DNA of 64,000 bases from Eledone cirrhosa (GCA_964016885.1 OZ024741.1:357182001-357246000), one strand, 5' to 3'; positions 1 to 12,157 are shown, counted from the stretch's first letter. Notes: generated from the sequence alone by a model not told the origin. Made by a program: numbers and translations.

Positions 1-2
1 TA

Positions 3-4
<2 letters not shown>

Positions 5-58
<54 letters not shown>
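5..58. repeat. (TA)n microsatellite; further long tracts at ~3128-3182, ~5700-5778, ~7565-7587 and ~60395-60420
   Basis: Direct reading of dinucleotide tracts. Confidence 0.97.
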
Positions 59-61
<3 letters not shown>

Positions 62-149
62 ATATGCAAATCAGGCCGATCAGTCACTATATATTTAAAA
101 AAATATCATATATTTTCACTAGCTCTGACAGTTGGCAGGTAAGCAGTAT

Positions 150-193
150 ACTGTACTGAAGGGTAATCACTCGGAAACATTAGTGTCTGCAGT
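150..193 (+). ncRNA. Degenerate type I hammerhead ribozyme motif
   Basis: actgta-CTGAA-GGGT(aatc)ACTC-g-GAAA-CA(ttag)TG-TC-tgcagt: stems I, II and III all pair and the triplet is GUC, but the CUGANGA core is incomplete. Confidence 0.5.
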
Positions 194-328
194 TCTGTTT
201 ACATGCCAATACAAAAGCAAGAATGACGGGGTCTTTCTACTGAAATGGCTTAAAAAGAGGCTGTTTGCATAATTGCAAACAAATCGAATATTATTATTGA
301 TATTCGAAAAACTCAGATTACATATATA

Positions 329-640
329 TCATCATCATCATCATCATCTTCGTTTAACGTCTGTTTTCCACGCTAGCATGGGTTAGACGGGAGTTGTCCC
401 ACTTGAGGCAAGGCTGGTCGAGTGACCGTGTCTCGCTCATATAGGACTATCTGGCAGGTTTTCTACGGCTGGATGCCCTTCCTAACACCAACTACATTTA
501 CAGTGTGGAACTGGGAACTTTTTACCCTGTTACCTACACGACCACATTACAGCGTCGACTGTGTGTTTTTTGTCGTGACACCTACACAAACTCGATCTCA
601 TTTTCTCGTGCTGTTGGTGGGAGTGGGAGGATAGGGTAGG
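329..640 (-). mobile_element. 3' end of RTE-clade LINE with (GAT)n tail
   Basis: Reverse-complement match to the 3' UTR at ~5040-5322 (ttaggaagggcatccagcc...ccatgctagc..gacgttaaacga(gat)n). Confidence 0.85.
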
Positions 641-1014
641 GGTAGTAGATTGGGGTGTATATATATATATATATATATATATCATCATCATCACTTATGG
701 GCCCATAACTCCTGGAGTTATAGGGGTACCCACTTCTTGACCATTTTAAAGCTGGCAAAGCCCATCCTTCTCCAAGTCAGAACACATTCAACTTCTTCCA
801 GAGAAGGAAACAAAGTAATAGAGAAGTGAGAAAGAAGTGAGATTGGAATATAGAGGAAGAACCGACCACAGTACTGAGCTGATACTCTTTTACTGACCTT
901 GAAAGGATGAAAGGCAAAGCTGACCATGGCAGAATTTCAACTCAGAGTGCCTCTGCACTGGAATGAATGTCGCAAAGCATCCTACCCAACATTCTAACAA
1001 CTCATTCTCTGAGT

Positions 1015-1130
1015 AGTGTGTGTGTGTGCAAATGTGTATGTGTGTGTGTGTGCATGTGAGTGGGGGGGGGCATGTGTGTGTGTGAGAGTGTGTGTGTGTG
1101 GTGCATGTGTGTGTGTGTGTGTGTGAGTGC
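1015..1130. repeat. (TG)n compound microsatellite
   Basis: Direct reading. Confidence 0.95.
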
Positions 1131-1898
1131 ATTTAGTGGGGTTACAAAAGAGTTTGTTTATCTGTTTAGTTCATTTGTAGTGATGTAGTAGGTGTTGCAA
1201 CAATGAAGTTGATGAAGTAGTTGAATGAATGGTTTCTTATTGAGAATTGTTGCTGTGAAGTCATGCTATGGTCAAGGAAACCAATAGTTGTATTCACTTG
1301 TGGTGGTGATGTGATATTGCCATGGAGAAACAATTTTCTCCATCAGATGGATATAAAATACAAATGAGCAAGTCACTGTTAATTCTTATATGTTTTTATT
1401 ATTTACATGATTTACTTTAAAATCATCTGCAGTAATAATGAACAATGGAAAAGGTACATGTATAATTGTAGAGTTTTAATAGTGTTGTGAATGTAGAATC
1501 TCAAAGTAATTAATTTACTAACCTTTGTGTTAATGTTGGTAGCCAGCTCTGCCTGCGCTGAGCCAGCGGAGCTAGCTAACCTGTGTGTGTGGCTACATGA
1601 CAAACTGTGCATGACTGACAGTCTGTGACAGACCTAAAAAACAGACTGAGCTAACCAGAGTCAAAACCTTATTTATAAGGATTGGGTGTCCAGAAAACAT
1701 TAAACACATGACCCTTGGTAATTTCCTTTTAAACCATGGCAGTTAATCTAAATGGCAACATTGTTAGCTAAAACAAAGGAATCGGTATCTCAGTTAGTTT
1801 GTCTGAGGTTAAAGGTCAGTGTGAGCCAATAATGTGATCACCCGAAAACATGGGAACAATCTCCAGTTTCGTTATATATATATATATAGTAGAGCACT

Positions 1899-1965
1899 TA
1901 TTCAGAACTGATGAAATGAGAGGGTCAATCCTAGTCTTCCTAGTGAAACAGGTGTATTCAGATAA
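1899..1965 (+). ncRNA. Type I hammerhead ribozyme motif (decayed stem II) in a short insert between two (TA)n tracts
   Basis: ttcagaa-CTGATGA-...ctagt-GAAA-CAGGTG-TA-ttcaga; stem I gaa/ttc; near-palindromic stem III. Confidence 0.55.
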
Positions 1966-2117
1966 AGTATAATATATTGTTGATGTAATGATGTAATAAA
2001 ATATTATAGATACACACATATATATATATATATAGTGTAGGTAGTACAGTGAATTATTGGTGTTGGTACCAATTCAAGCACTCTATGCACATGCAGAGTG
2101 TATATAATAGAAAAAAA

Positions 2118-2385
2118 CGAGGAGGTTTCGTTTACATATGAAAAATATTTATTGCATATCGACCTGTTATGCATGTTTTGAAGAGGATTGGCTCAAGGTA
2201 ACCCATAGGAGTTATGGACCTGACTCCACTATTGATCTGCTCCTCAGACTGGTGATGTGACAAAAAAAATATCTGAGGAGCAGATCGATAGTAGGGTCAG
2301 CTCCATAATTCCTATGGGTCACCTTGAGCCAATACACTGTGAAATGCACGTAACAGGTCGATATGCAATAAACAAAACTTCCTCG
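2118..2385. repeat. Imperfect inverted repeat made of two hammerhead-bearing units (Penelope pLTR-like)
   Basis: 2118-2250 is the reverse complement of 2272-2385. Each unit reads CTGAGGA-GCAG..long loop..GAAA/AAAA-6 nt-TA-ACAGGT. Confidence 0.75.
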
Positions 2386-2419
<34 letters not shown>

Positions 2420-3125
2420 TTAATTCCACAACAATTACCAAACCATACTTGAATACACGTTTCACCTAAAAAAAGCTTATTCAATTCATGTAGAGTTATA
2501 GGGAGAACAGAAGTATTTATGAGGTGGATGGATTCACTAAAGTATCATCTGGTAATTGTTTGAGAAATTAACTCTATACCAAACTTATCCTTTGGACTGA
2601 GTGCTCTACCAATTTTGGATATAGCCTCCTGATTTTTTCACTACTATAAATATATACACACACACACAAACGTGATTGGTGTTAGGAAGTGCATCCAGCT
2701 GTAAAATACCCAGCCAAATTTACAGTTCTCACCAGCGCAAGGTGCGACACTTGGCCAACCCTGGTCAGACTTGCCTCCTGACATGGAAAACCTGTCTAAC
2801 CCATGCAAGCATGGAAAAACTGATGTTAAACAGAAATTATGATGATGATGATATATTCAAAAGTATTTTAATAAAATTAACCAACTTTCATTAAAAACTG
2901 TTTTTAATGAAAGTTGGTAAATTTCCTTCAAATACTTTTGTATGTACATGCTCTGTTTATTTCCTAAATGCATTCACTAACGTTTTCCATCCTCTAACCA
3001 AACGCTTCTCTTAACACTTGTTTTGCATGATTTAAACACCTGGGTCCATGGCTGGCAATTACAACCTATAAGTCTGTCTCTACTCTCCTTTGAGACTTGG
3101 AGATTTGATTGTATACTTCCACTTT

Positions 3126-3185
<60 letters not shown>

Positions 3186-3186
<1 letters not shown>

Positions 3187-5322
3187 CAAGAGACTACTAA
3201 ATGAGGAGAATAAATGGGAAAAAGATAGTCTGCCCCAAATCCATCCAATAGAGGGACCAGCGGTGCAAGTTAAAGGTAGTATAATAAGTAAGGCAGTCAA
3301 AGATATGAAGACAGGCAAGGCAGCTGGGCCTTCGGAGATAGTTGCTGAGATGTTGAAAGCATCTGGAATGGTGGGACATACTATGGTCACCCGGATAGTA
3401 AACCAAGTAATACAGAATGGGGTCATACCAAATGACTGGCGTAGCAGCATCATCATTAACTACTACAAGGGTAAAGGAGATGCTCTAGATAGGGGAAACT
3501 ATAAAGGCATTAAGTTAGTTGACCAGGTCATGAAGGTCACAGAAAGAGTTATAGCACAACTAATCAGAGATTGAATTGATCTAGATGAAATGCAGTTTGG
3601 GTTTGTGTCAGGTAAAAGTACCACAGATGCTCTTTTCCTTGTACGACAACTACAGTAGAAGTACCTAGCTAAAAGTAAACCCCGCTACTTAGCTTTTGTT
3701 GACTTGGAGAAAGCCTTTGACAGAGTCCCCCGCTCCATTATCTGGTGGGTTCTTAGGAAACTAGGTGTAGATGGATGGCTTGTGAGAGCTATACAAGCCA
3801 TGTATAAAGAAACAGTCAGCAAGGTTAGAATTAACAATGAATATAGTGAAGAATTTAGCGTAAAAGTTTGTGTTCATCAAGGCTCTGTCCTTAGCCCCCT
3901 CCTATTTATTATTGCCCTTCATGCTATAACAGAGGCGTTTAAGACCGGCTGCCCATGGGAACTTCTATACACAGATGATATAACTCTCATAGCTGAATCT
4001 ATGGCTGAACTAGAGAAGAAATTCCAAACATGGAAGCATGGCCTAGAATCAAAAGGCCTTAAAGTTAACTTGTCTAAGACTAAAGTTCTAGTATGTAGAA
4101 AGAAAAATAGGGCACAGGTGCCCTCTGGGAAATCGTCATGCTCAGTGTGTAGGAAAGGAGTAGGCAGAAACTCCATTTTATGTCCCAAATGCAAACTAAG
4201 GGTACATAAAAGATGTAGTGGGATCACAGGTAAGCTATCTAATAACGTAGATTTTATATGTGGCCGATGCTCAGGTGCAATAAGTAGCAAGTGCCCACAG
4301 GATACTAGCTCCTTCTATTGCCCAGATAGTTCTATAGAAATAGTGGAAACTTTCCGTTACCTGGGTGAGAAAATCAGCAGTGGTGGAGGGTTCTCTGAAA
4401 GTACAGTAGCCAGAGTCAGAATGGAATGGAAAAAGTTCAGAGAGCTTATACCACTATTGGCCGCTAAAGGTTTCTCTCTAAAAATGAAAAGCAGATTGTA
4501 TGATGCCTGTATACGCAATGTTACATGGCAGTGAGACCTGGGCATTGTGTGCAGAGGATCTGCACAGACTGGAAAGGAACGAAGCATGCATGCTCCATTG
4601 GATGTGTAATAGTAATATACGCAAACGGCAAAACATTAATGAATTAAGTGAGAAATTAGGAATAAGAGGGATCAAATGCTGTTTACTTGAGAGAAGACTA
4701 CGTTGGTATGGTCACGTGATGCACATGAAAGACAACAGCTGTATAAAAAAGTGCAGGGCGATCAAAATTGATGGAAGTTACGGAGTAGGTAGACCCAGAA
4801 AAACCTGAGACGATTTGATAAATTCCGACTTTACTCACTTGCACCTCTCTAAGACAATGTCACTGGACCGAGATCTTTGGCGCCACGCAGTAATACAGAA
4901 GATCCGGCTTGCCTATGTACAAAGCGAAACTTACCGTCAGTAGGCACCTCTTAACCAAATATACACCCCCCCCCCACTCCCCTCCTCCACCCTCCCACTC
5001 CCACCAACACCACCCTTTCTCTGTAAAGTTATGTTGGTACCACAACATCCAGTCCAAACTAATGAGGTCGTGTAGGTGTCATGACAAAAAAACCACACAG
5101 TCAACTATGTAATGTGGTTGTGTAGGTAACACGGTAAAAAGCTCCCAGTCCACACTGTAAATGTGGTTGGTGTTAGGAAGGGCATCCAGCCATAGAAAAC
5201 TTGCCAGATAGTCCTATACGAGCGAGACACGGTCACCCGACCAATATTGCCTCAAGTGGGACAATTCCCGTCTAAACCATGCTAGCATGGAAGATAGACA
5301 TTAAACGATGATGATGATGATG
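3186..5322 (+). mobile_element. 5'-truncated, decayed RTE-clade LINE (RT + Cys-rich insert + 3' UTR, (GAT)n tail)
   Basis: ORFs 3023-3574, 3704-4534 and 4500-4808 give MKTGKAAGPSEI, EKAFDRVP, HQGSVLSPLLF, LYTDD, LHGSETW, RRLRWYGHV; stops and frameshifts present. Confidence 0.95.
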
Positions 5323-5698
5323 GTATATATATATATATATTACATATCATTTTATTTAACAATGATAACAAAAGCAAGTTATTTTACATATCTCATTCAT
5401 TGTTTTACGATTGTTTCGGGGAGTTGAGCATATCGATATATTGACTGATCTATAGCAGTTAGAGAACTGTATACTATCAGACATAATATATGGGTTCTAT
5501 CATACCGTCTTCTTTGGAAATAACTTGCCTGTGTTATCATTGTTAAATAAAATATGCAATATATCAGACTCTGTATCTGAAAGATTGACTCAGCGAAATA
5601 TGGAACCAATCACTGGATCTCACTGAACTACATGCTAACAGATTACATTGAGTTGTAACTACAGTATAGACTCTACCACGAAAGGTAGACCACATTGA

Positions 5699-5783
<85 letters not shown>

Positions 5784-5989
5784 TGAGAAAAATGGAGAGC
5801 TGCGTGGTTGCACATGGGTTACATATGAATAATTAGTCCTTCATCAGTGATCTTACAACTTTCATTGGTATTTCATCGCTTTAAAAATCATATACCTCTA
5901 GTTGGTGCGAGCAATAACTAAATAAAGTTATTGGGACAAGTAAAATAGGGTGAAACGAGCGAGACATGTAAATATATATATATATATGT

Positions 5990-7565
5990 AAAAGGTAAAC
6001 AGAAATAACAATACAATCGGTACAGTATAAAGAAGGGATATATTAGGTTAACACTTGATATAGCAGGAAGAGGGTCTTAACGTTTCGGACGCTAGTCCTT
6101 CATCAGAAGAAAGAATGAGAAATAAGATAGATTGAAGGGACAGGCGGGTTGGAATTGGAAAAAATGTCTTTAGATAAAAATAACAGGTCCATTCATGTTG
6201 ACATCCCTTGCAAAATTGTTGGTGTTGGCGTTTTGTGTATGATTTATTTTTTAGAAAAGTGGATGATGGAGTGCGTCTACCTGAAATGGAAAAAAAAACG
6301 TTTTGTAAAAAGAGCAATACTTGTGCATGTGTGTAAGCATGTGTGTGTGTATGTATTATTATACGTCTGTATGAAGCTAAGAAGAAATGTGTGTGTATAT
6401 GTGAGTAAAAGAGTGTGTGCATGTAAGTACAAAGCTATGAGCAAAAGTATGTTAATATAAGGGTGTGTATGTGTGTATACAGAGCAGTGAAGGGAAAAGT
6501 GGAGTGAACCTATATACAGCAATAGGAATCTAGGGGTGTGATAATGGATTGGGTATTAGAGAAATTAGGGAAGTGAGTTGAGTCCAAGAGGAGAATAGGA
6601 CCCAAGGCAATGAATCAGACTTTGTTCAGTCCTGGTGCGTGAGGCTTGTGAGCCATGATGTAAAAGAACACCCAGGACTGAAACACGTTGGGAAGAATGA
6701 CCAGGAGAACAGAAATGACGGCCGACAGGAATATCCAAACCGTGTCATATGTCCCTCAAATGCTCGGCAAAACAGTCCGCCATACGGCGTCCCATTTGTC
6801 CGATATATAAAGATCCGCAAAGGGAACACCGGAGGGCATAGACAACGTGGGTGGATGTGCTGGTGAATGAGTTTCAGATACGGAAAGACTCATTAGGGCC
6901 TGTAAGAGTGGTGAGGGTGGAACTGAAGGGACAAGTGTTGCAGCGGCAACGGGAACAAGGATGAGAGCCGGATGGAGTCATGGGAAAGGACGAGAAGGAA
7001 CTATGAACCAGGAGGTCGTGGAGGTTGCAGGCATGCTTAAAAGCAGTAATGGGTGGGTTTGGAAAAAAGCGAGAAGTGACGGGGTCAGAAGAGAGGATGC
7101 AGAAGGAACGGAGGATATGTCGCTGGGGTGGTAGGGTGATGGGGTGGTAGGTGAGAGGGAAAGGAACGTGGGTGTTAGGAGGGTGGGGGTGAGGTGAGAG
7201 GGCTGTGGGGCAGTCTGTTTCATGGGCGTGAGTGAGAGCAGCTTGGATCAGGTTGGGGGGATATCCACGCTGGATGAAGCAGGAAGCCATGTAAAGGGAA
7301 TGGGTTTCGAAATTGTCGTCCTGGCTACAGAGCCGACGAAGATGGAGGAATTGGGAATAGGGTATGGAGTGTCAGATGTGGGTTGGATGGGAGGAGGTGA
7401 AGTCGAGCTAAGATTGGGAGTCTGTTGGTTTAATGAAGATGGAAGTAGAGAGGGTGTGGTGAGAGTGATTAATAGATAGAGAGATATCTAGAAAAGTGAC
7501 AGAAGAATCGGAGACAGAGGCGGTAAAATTGAGATCAGCATGGAAACATAGGACAAAAGAAAGAA
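5990..7565 (-). mobile_element. Penelope-like element, 3' part (RT C-terminus, Cys linker, GIY-YIG endonuclease remnant, hammerhead-bearing 3' end)
   Basis: ORF 6874-7290: FIQRGYPPNLI, PLTYHP, NLHDLLVHS, PCSRCRCNTCPF; followed by a decayed YIG segment; hammerhead at 6075-6110; ends in (TA)n. Confidence 0.88.
6075..6110 (-). ncRNA. Minimal type I hammerhead ribozyme with intact core
   Basis: Minus strand TCTT-CTGATGA-A-GGAC(TAGC)GTCC-GAAA-CG-TT-AAGA: stem I UCUU/AAGA, 4-bp stem II, palindromic ACGU stem III as in Penelope HHRs. Confidence 0.85.
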
Positions 7566-7587
7566 TATATATATATATATATATATA

Positions 7588-8273
7588 CTAGCTAAACTAC
7601 CCGTCCTTTGGACGGTTCAAGTAGTTTTCGATGTAGCTTATTAAACTAAACAAAGTAAAGGCACTATTCTTGCGAAATAATTAATATGTCAGCTCGGTGT
7701 CATCCGTTACACCATGTAACAATAGAAATCCAGTCTAGGTATAATTTTTTTTGACAACAGTAAAAGCGCATCATGAAATAGAGAAGTGAAGTGAATAATA
7801 GACACTATTATGTACAAAGCATAATATTGTAAAAGTTATGACATCACTTAATGTATGAACATCAAGCTTGAAACGATAAATTATGCAATGTCAAACCTAT
7901 AACTTAACTTAGTAATCTGTTAGAAATTTCTGGTTGTGAAATATACAAAATGATATTGTTAGTCTCAAAGAAGCGTACCTTTTGTTTCTAGTACAAAATT
8001 AAAATCCGAATGAGCCGAATTACGAAAGATAACTCTTGTCTTACTTAATCACGAAAATTGAAACAAATAACCGAAACTTTTTTAATGTCTCCAAAGGCCC
8101 CAATATCTATTTTTGAAAGCATTTGTAGATAATGTACAGGTTTTGTGCAAGGAGAAGCTCTGTAAAATTTCAAAGAAATCGCAAGAATGGTTTAGAATAT
8201 ATGAGCCCTCATCAAAAATTGTCCACACACACATACACACATACAGAAAACTTTGTCTTTATATATGTACAGA
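7588..8273 (-). mobile_element. Non-autonomous Helitron (~686 bp)
   Basis: Minus strand starts A^TC (TCTGTACATATATAAAG) and ends CTAG^T; GC hairpin ccgtcc-ttt-ggacgg (7601-7615) lies ~10 nt from the 3' end. Confidence 0.85.
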
Positions 8274-8442
8274 TATATATATATATAAGATTGATGTTAA
8301 GAAGGGCATCCAGCTATAAAAAACCAAGTCAAATTTACAGTCCCGTTAGAACAATGCGAACGACCCATCTGACTCATGCAAGCATGGAAAAATGGACATT
8401 AAACAGTGATGATGATGATGATGATGATGATGATATATATAT

Positions 8443-8820
8443 GTAAAAGGTAAACAGAAATGACAACACAATCGGTACAGTATATGGAAGGAATATATTA
8501 GGTTAACTCTTGAAATAGCAGGAAGAAGGTCTTAACGTTTCAGATGCTAGTCCTTCATCAGAAGAAAGAATGAGAAATTAGAAAGATTGAAGGTACGGCA
8601 GAGTGGAAATGGAAGGAGTGGCGGATACGGAATGAACCGTTGGGGTCTGTGAGAGTGGAAATGAAAGAACAAGTGTTACAGTGGGGACGAGAACAAGGAT
8701 AAGAGCCAGGTGGAGTCATAGGAGAGGTTGAGAAGGAACTGCATACCAGGAGGTCACAGAGGTTACGGGCACGCTTAAATGCGGTAATAGGTGGGTTACG
8801 AAAAAAGCGAGAAGTGACTA
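8443..8820 (-). mobile_element. Second, internally deleted copy of the Penelope 3' end, with decayed hammerhead at 8530-8565
   Basis: Matches 5990-6155 and ~6900-7080; the HHR stem II 3' arm has changed GTCC to ATCT. Confidence 0.8.
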
Positions 8821-9360
8821 TATATATATATATATACTATTCAGAAGAATAGTATATATATGAAAAACAAAAAAGAAGTTATCGAATGCCATTAAGAAAC
8901 AACAGAGTTCTTTGGGCATTTAATGAGAAGAGAGTCCCTGAAACATCTGGTAAAAACAAGAAAAATAATAGGAAAGATTAAAGCTAATGAATGAGTTAAC
9001 ATCTTGGCTAGTGACAGAGAAGGCAACCACCCACAATCAAGATGATTAGAGACTGTATGAGATGGAGAGATATGTTCAATTATACTGAACAGCATGGCAC
9101 CTAATTAATTAATTGAGATGTAGCAGACTTTAATATATTTATGCATTCTCTCTAAGTATTATTTTTATCCATTTATTACCATATTTTTAATGAAACACAC
9201 TGCCTATAATTTTCATATTATTTTGTAAACAATCAAAAATTTAGTAGGATTGAGTAAAGTAACTAACTTTCTTGTTAAGTTGGTGTTTGGAATATAATTT
9301 AACAACATTTCTTACATGATATTTTAATGGAAGGTTGTTAGATAAATATAATATAATATA

Positions 9361-9540
9361 TTTCTACTTTAGGCACAAGGCCATCAATTATCCAGTACAT
9401 TACTGGTACTTTATTTTATTGACCCCGTAAGGATGAAAGGCAAAGTTAACCTCGGCGGGATTTGAACTCAGTCCGCAAAGGGACGTAACTATGCTGGAAA
9501 GCATGGCGTCCGACCCTCTACCGATACTGTCAATCCACCG
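9361..9540 (-). mobile_element. tRNA-derived SINE (young family)
   Basis: Reverse complement of 13921-14110. Confidence 0.85.
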
Positions 9541-9714
9541 ATAATATAATGGTATTAGGAAGGGCATCTAGTTGTAGCAGGCATGCCAAAACTGCAATGT
9601 ATGTAAGTGAAACATGGCCCCTGACCCATCTAGGAAGACAGTAGCTCTGATTAAGTATTGACTTGATCTCTAATGACCTATCCAATCAATGCCAGTATAG
9701 AAAAATGAATGTAA

Positions 9715-9845
9715 AGTGATGATGGTGATGATGATGATAGTGATGGTAGTAATAATGATGTTGATGTTGATGTTGATGATGATATTGGTGGTAATGATGG
9801 TGATGGTGGTGGTAGTGATGATGATGATGACGATGATGATGATGA
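9715..9845. repeat. (GAT/GGT)n trinucleotide repeat
   Basis: Direct reading. Confidence 0.9.
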
Positions 9846-11245
9846 AGAGGATGAACAGTTTTATATTGTAGAATCAAGTGCAGTTTCAGGTGGTTTGGTA
9901 TAAAAAAATATTAACAAAATTAAAATATAAATATTTTTTTAGTAAATTCGTATGCATTAATTCTTTTGGCTGTAAATTCTCCATAATAGACAGTTTTTCA
10001 CATAGGTACAAAATTATGTGAGGAAAGAGACATAATGAACTAGGTCAACCTCAGTAAAATCACAACTGTTTGTTATTTGAGTGGGATGAAAAGGAAAAGA
10101 CAACTCTGTTGTTTCAAGAAACCAATCTGAATAATGCATGTCACACTTGTCACCGTTTCTGCCATTCTAGAGGATGGTGGATTGGCAGAGAGTCATTAGA
10201 GCATCAGACAAATGCTTATCACTATTTGTTCCAGCTCTTTATGTTCTGAGTTTAAATCCTGTTGAGAGCAACTTAACCTTTCATCCTTTCAATGTCAATT
10301 AAGTTCCAGTTATGTAGTGGAATCGATATAGTCGACTTTCCCTTCTCTACAAATTGCTGGTCTTGTGCCTTAATTAGAAATCATTTCTGCCGCTCCACTG
10401 CCTTAACCCTTTTGATATGAAACCACCTGTAACCAACCTTGGTTCTATGATACTGAATTTCCCATTTTAAGGTGTTCACACATTTTGAAATCTGCTATCA
10501 AAATTTTGAGTTCAATTCCCATCAAGGTCAACATTGCCTTTCATCCTTTTGAAGTCAATAAATAAAGTACCAGTCAAGTACTGGGGTCAATTCTTCCTCT
10601 CCCACTTTCTCTGGAAAATATCAGCTGGAGATATTTAGCTCCACTAGGTATGCCCAAGATATGCCATGTGTTACCTTACTTGGTCTTCCTCTTCCTCAAT
10701 TTCTTTCCACATTCATTTCCATCCCTCCTTCCACTGTCTTCCATAATACCTCATGATAAGTATTGTGAAACACAGTAGGACATGAATATTTAAAAATACA
10801 AAATTAATTATGCTTTGTACAATAACAATGTCATTGATTTTATTCAGCAGAAAATCAATTATAATTGTTGAGTGTGTCAGATTAAAAAAATATAATATTA
10901 CAAGAACATTAAGATCATATATATTTTTTATAATGTTTATGATTTACAAAAGAAACAAATCAATAAAAAAACAAAACAGAGCCTGATAGAAGACAAATGA
11001 GAGAAGACATGCACATTCAATTGCACACTATAATGGGGAATGTTGGTGTTGCCCTCTAAAGATGTTTTAGACAAACCAAGCACTCTCACAAGCATCACAA
11101 CAGCCAAAGATGACCAAAACTTCATTGTCTGCAGCCTAGCTTCCTTAAATGTCTATTATGCAATGTAATAAATAATATACATATAAATTTACTTTCAATT
11201 AAAATCTGAAATGTAGCCATCTCAACATAAATGATTATAACAATA

Positions 11246-11495
11246 TGGAATTAGAAGTTTGAAAGCCATGACAATGCAAAAGAGATCAAATGAAACAAGA
11301 TATTATGTGTTTTTCCTTAATTTATATGTCCTGATATTTTGAAATCAAAATCTCTTCTTCTGAGGAAAATAAAAGGGACTAATCCAGTGTTCAATGGAAT
11401 GCACTATACCAGCATGTTTCATCTGATCTCTTGTTTCATCTAATCTCTTTATTTGTCAATTCCGCATTGCCGTGGCTTTCAAACTTCTAATTCTA
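11246..11495. mobile_element. MITE with ~30-bp terminal inverted repeats
   Basis: gaattagaagtttgaaagccatgacaatgc (11248-11277) vs gcattgccgtggctttcaaacttctaattc (11464-11493). Confidence 0.7.
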
Positions 11496-12126
11496 TATAC
11501 CACACACAATAAATTCCTTGATTATAACAATAGAGAGGCTCTATAAATAATAATTGAGGAAATCAGGTAAAATACTCCTGGAGATGGAAAAAAGTAGACA
11601 GAGATGCCTGTGAAGACTCAAGCCCCACATGTCTTGAATGCTGGGTAAATATGTGAGCCATTACACTGAGGGTCCTTGGTGGTAAATTACCATTTTTTAG
11701 AAGATTTTAGCTAGTAGCTAGAAGTGCGGACATTCTAAGAAACATTGGGAAATTTTGAAATTTGAAATGTAGTCATCCTGATTTACATTTTAAATTGTCT
11801 TCTGTAAAATAATTAGCAGCTTCTTTTAATTATGAAACTCACTGTGGATCAGCAAAACTTTGATACGTACCACTGGTGGTCTACTAGAATTGTTATGCAA
11901 CACTGGTCTATAATATATAGTAAATAAATGAAGGGTCTTTTGTGTGTAATATTTTTAATTAAATAAATGACGATTGAAGATATCAACTAGTTCAACAAGA
12001 TGGTTGGATAACATCCATAACTACGGTTAGTCTCGCTTGGGGATCCAGCTGAATTGTTTGCTGATGCTTGCTTCCGATAGAACCCTCTGGAAAGTGTTGC
12101 TAAGGAGGACTCAATACCCCCTAAAG

Positions 12127-12157
<31 letters not shown>

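Noticed and set aside
890-1132. His/Thr-rich, (YI)n and poly-His ORFs (also 2977-3456, 5564-5815, 9686-9877)
   Set aside because: Translations of (CA)n, (TA)n and (CAT)n microsatellites
1440-1875. Possible solo LTR on the minus strand (TATA-like tataaat, short internal repeats)
   Set aside because: No clear TG..CA ends, TSD or second copy in the window
5780-5850. CTGATGAAGGAC on the minus strand next to a TA tract (hammerhead-like start)
   Set aside because: No closing stem II or GAAA found, so it cannot be folded as an HHR
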